Translations under genes and position numbers: made by a program | Notes under the pieces: generated by a model | Told to the model about the DNA's origin: nothing | Databases searched by the model: none | Seen by the model: only the letters and a program-made list of their open reading frames with translations | NCBI GenBank assembly: GCA_047612485.1 | Contig: JBLGAT010000006.1 | Coordinates: 4,565 to 68,564 of the forward strand | Length of the DNA: 64,000 nucleotides | Reading direction: 5' to 3' | Source: Psychroserpens sp. | Lineage (GTDB): Bacteria > Bacteroidota > Bacteroidia > Flavobacteriales > Flavobacteriaceae | Shown: piece by piece, positions 61,641-64,000 of the stretch | How the letters are laid out: each line of letters opens with the position of its first letter | Position numbering within the stretch: the stretch's first letter is position 1

Positions 61641-64000
61641 ATGAAAATGCGACTTCTAGTCTTGGCCATCTTATGGTCAAGCACAACTTTGTTTGCACAA
61701 GATTATTTTCCTAAAAATGATGGCGTAAAAACAACGAACAACAACTACACGGCATTTACCAATGCAAAAATTTATGTAACCCCAACCCAGATCATCGACG
61801 GTGGCACCTTATTGATCCAGAATGGCAAGGTGGTGCAAGCCGCCAAAACAGTTACCCTACCCAAAAGTACAATTGTTATTGACCTAGCTGGGAAATCGAT
61901 CTACCCCTCTTTTATCGATATCTATTCCGATTTTGGGGTGGAAAAACCAAAAAAAGCCTCGGGTGGGGGAAGAACCGCAGAATATGAGCCTTCTAGGGAA
62001 GGCTACTACTGGAATGACCATGTAATGCCTGAAAACAAGGCGATTTCGGTTTTCAAGTACGATGATAAAAAGGCCAAGGAAATACGTGACGCCGGTTTCG
62101 GTGTTGTTAACTCCCACATTCAGGATGGCATTGCCCGGGGAACGGGAATACTCGTTGCTTTAAATGGTGCTGGTAACGATGCCGAAAGAATCTTGGATGA
62201 TGCCTCTGCACAATATTTTTCCTTTGAAAAAAGTGTAGCCAAAACCCAATCCTATCCATCTTCATTAATGGGCTCCATGGCTTTGCTAAGACAAATGTAC
62301 AGCGATGCCGACTGGTATGCGAAAGGCAACTCCAAAACCAAGGATCTTTCTTTGGAAGCATTGAACAAAAACAAGGGTGTAATATCTATTTTTGAAGCAA
62401 AGGACAAAGGAAATGCCCTAAGGGCAGATAAAATTGGGGATGCCAACAACATCCAATACGTAATACTTGGAGGAGGAAACGAATATGAGAGTATAAATGA
62501 AATAAAGGGCACCAATGCCAAATTTATTTTACCCTTAAATTTCCCGGATGCCTATGATGTATCCAACCCATACCAAGCATCCTATGTAACCCTGGAAGAT
62601 ATGAGATATTGGAACCAAGCGCCAGCCAATCCTAAAGTTATGGAGGAAAACGGCGTATCTTTCTCATTGACACTATACGATTTAAAATCTCCATCTGTCT
62701 TTAAGGATAAGGTAATGCAGGCCATTGACAATGGTCTTTCAAAAACGATGGCATTGGAGGCTTTGACCACGATACCGGCCAGTATTTTAGGCAAAACCAA
62801 CAAAATTGGATCCCTTTCACCGGGCACCTATGCCAATTTCCTGATTACTTCGGGAGACGTTTTTGACAAGGGCACCACCCTTTATGAAAACTGGGTGCAG
62901 GGAACAAAAAACATTGTAAACAGCAAAGACCAAAAAGATATTCGTGGAGATTACGACCTATCCATTGGTGGCGTTACCTATAAGCTTGCAATTTCGGGTG
63001 AAATCAATAAACCAAAATCAGAAATCACCCAGGACACCGTTAAATTAAAATCGAAAATCAGTTATGACGATAACTGGATGGATCTTAGCGTAAACACGGA
63101 TGAAGGTGCTAAAATATATAGGATGACCGCCTTGGTGGTTCCAAACTCGGATAACATAAATGGCCGACTAATCCTGCCAAATGGCAATGAGTCTTCCTTC
63201 AACGCCTTAAAGACAAAACCCTTTGCTGAGAAAGAGAAAGAGAAAAAAGACAAGGAAGCCCCTGTAGTGGTTCCTGTCACCTTTCCCAATGTTGGACATG
63301 GGTATGCTTCCAAACCGGTACAAGAAACCATGTTGTTCAAAAATGCTACCGTATGGACCAGCGAGGATGCTGGGATTTTAGAAAACACGGATGTCCTGAT
63401 AAAAAACGGTAAGATTTCCAAGATTGGAAAGGACCTAAGTGCAAGTGGCGCAACCGTTTTTGATGCCACAGGAAAACATCTTACTGCTGGAGTAATTGAT
63501 GAACACAGTCATATCGCAGGCCTTGCTATAAATGAAGGTGGACAAAATTCTTCTGCAGAAGTAAAGATGGAAGATGTCGTAGATCCAGAAGATGTTGGTA
63601 TCTATAGGGATCTTGCAGGGGGTGTCACTTCAATCCAATTACTCCATGGTTCGGCCAATCCTATCGGAGGACGTTCTGCCATTTTAAAGCTTAAATGGGG
63701 AGAAACTGCGGAGAATATGATTTACAGTAATTCACCAAAATTCATAAAGTTTGCTTTGGGAGAAAATGTAAAGCAATCCAACTGGGGTAGCTTCAATCGC
63801 TTTCCGCAAACCAGAATGGGTGTAGAACAGGTATTTATGGACTATTTCCAAAGAGGAAAGGAATACGACGCTAAAAAGAAAAGTGGTCAGCCTTTCCGTT
63901 ATGATGAGGAAATGGAAGTCATTGCCGAAATTTTAAATAGCGAGCGCTTTATTAGCTGTCACTCTTACGTACAGAGCGAAATAAATATGTTGATGAAGGT
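61641..64000 (+). CDS. Secreted two-domain amidohydrolase-family protein, partial (runs off the window)
   Basis: Hand translation MKMRLLVLAILWSSTTLFAQDYFPKNDG...; in-frame DEHSHI at 63498; GGVT..QLLHGSANPIGG; KFALGENVKQ. Confidence 0.85.
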   Translation, partial: MKMRLLVLAILWSSTTLFAQDYFPKNDGVKTTNNNYTAFTNAKIYVTPTQIIDGGTLLIQNGKVVQAAKTVTLPKSTIVIDLAGKSIYPSFIDIYSDFGVEKPKKASGGGRTAEYEPSREGYYWNDHVMPENKAISVFKYDDKKAKEIRDAGFGVVNSHIQDGIARGTGILVALNGAGNDAERILDDASAQYFSFEKSVAKTQSYPSSLMGSMALLRQMYSDADWYAKGNSKTKDLSLEALNKNKGVISIFEAKDKGNALRADKIGDANNIQYVILGGGNEYESINEIKGTNAKFILPLNFPDAYDVSNPYQASYVTLEDMRYWNQAPANPKVMEENGVSFSLTLYDLKSPSVFKDKVMQAIDNGLSKTMALEALTTIPASILGKTNKIGSLSPGTYANFLITSGDVFDKGTTLYENWVQGTKNIVNSKDQKDIRGDYDLSIGGVTYKLAISGEINKPKSEITQDTVKLKSKISYDDNWMDLSVNTDEGAKIYRMTALVVPNSDNINGRLILPNGNESSFNALKTKPFAEKEKEKKDKEAPVVVPVTFPNVGHGYASKPVQETMLFKNATVWTSEDAGILENTDVLIKNGKISKIGKDLSASGATVFDATGKHLTAGVIDEHSHIAGLAINEGGQNSSAEVKMEDVVDPEDVGIYRDLAGGVTSIQLLHGSANPIGGRSAILKLKWGETAENMIYSNSPKFIKFALGENVKQSNWGSFNRFPQTRMGVEQVFMDYFQRGKEYDAKKKSGQPFRYDEEMEVIAEILNSERFISCHSYVQSEINMLMK

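Noticed and set aside
1-64000. CRISPR array, prophage, integrase, IS or defence system
   Set aside because: No regularly spaced direct repeats, and no transposase, integrase, phage or nuclease-defence motifs recognised.

Overview
AT-rich Bacteroidota DNA, most consistent with a marine Flavobacteriaceae chromosome. Support for that: gldI, a T9SS type-B-CTD adhesin, repeated TAnnTTTG -7 promoter boxes, and the conserved parA-parB-DUF5683-dapB-lepB-wbqC block. Left to right, the window holds: (1) a partial P-type ATPase and hsp20; (2) a co-oriented 13-gene acyl-CoA catabolic cluster with a Crp/Fnr regulator (2.9-16.1 kb); (3) tRNA-Pro(UGG) with degenerate repeat/att-like sequence 3' of it; (4) a 2835-aa SprB-like adhesin; (5) a PQQ sugar dehydrogenase plus cytochrome c; (6) a peptidoglycan-sugar recycling locus (murQ, DeoR, nagB-PIG-L fusion, ampG-like, GH3, anmK); (7) about 29 kb of mostly core genes ending in a partial amidohydrolase. 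The best candidate for an undescribed system is the acyl-CoA cluster. Its core (ACAD10/11-type dehydrogenase, APH-type kinase, SDRs, CoA ligase) mirrors the phosphorylation-dependent 4-hydroxy/4-oxo-acid route of P. putida LvaABCDE and mammalian ACAD10/11, and two alkenal/quinone-type reductases suggest oxidised lipids as substrate. Its CoA ligase is interrupted by a single in-frame TGA, not a frameshift. No CRISPR array, rRNA, integrase or intact IS was seen. All product calls rest on motif recognition by eye; no database search was run.
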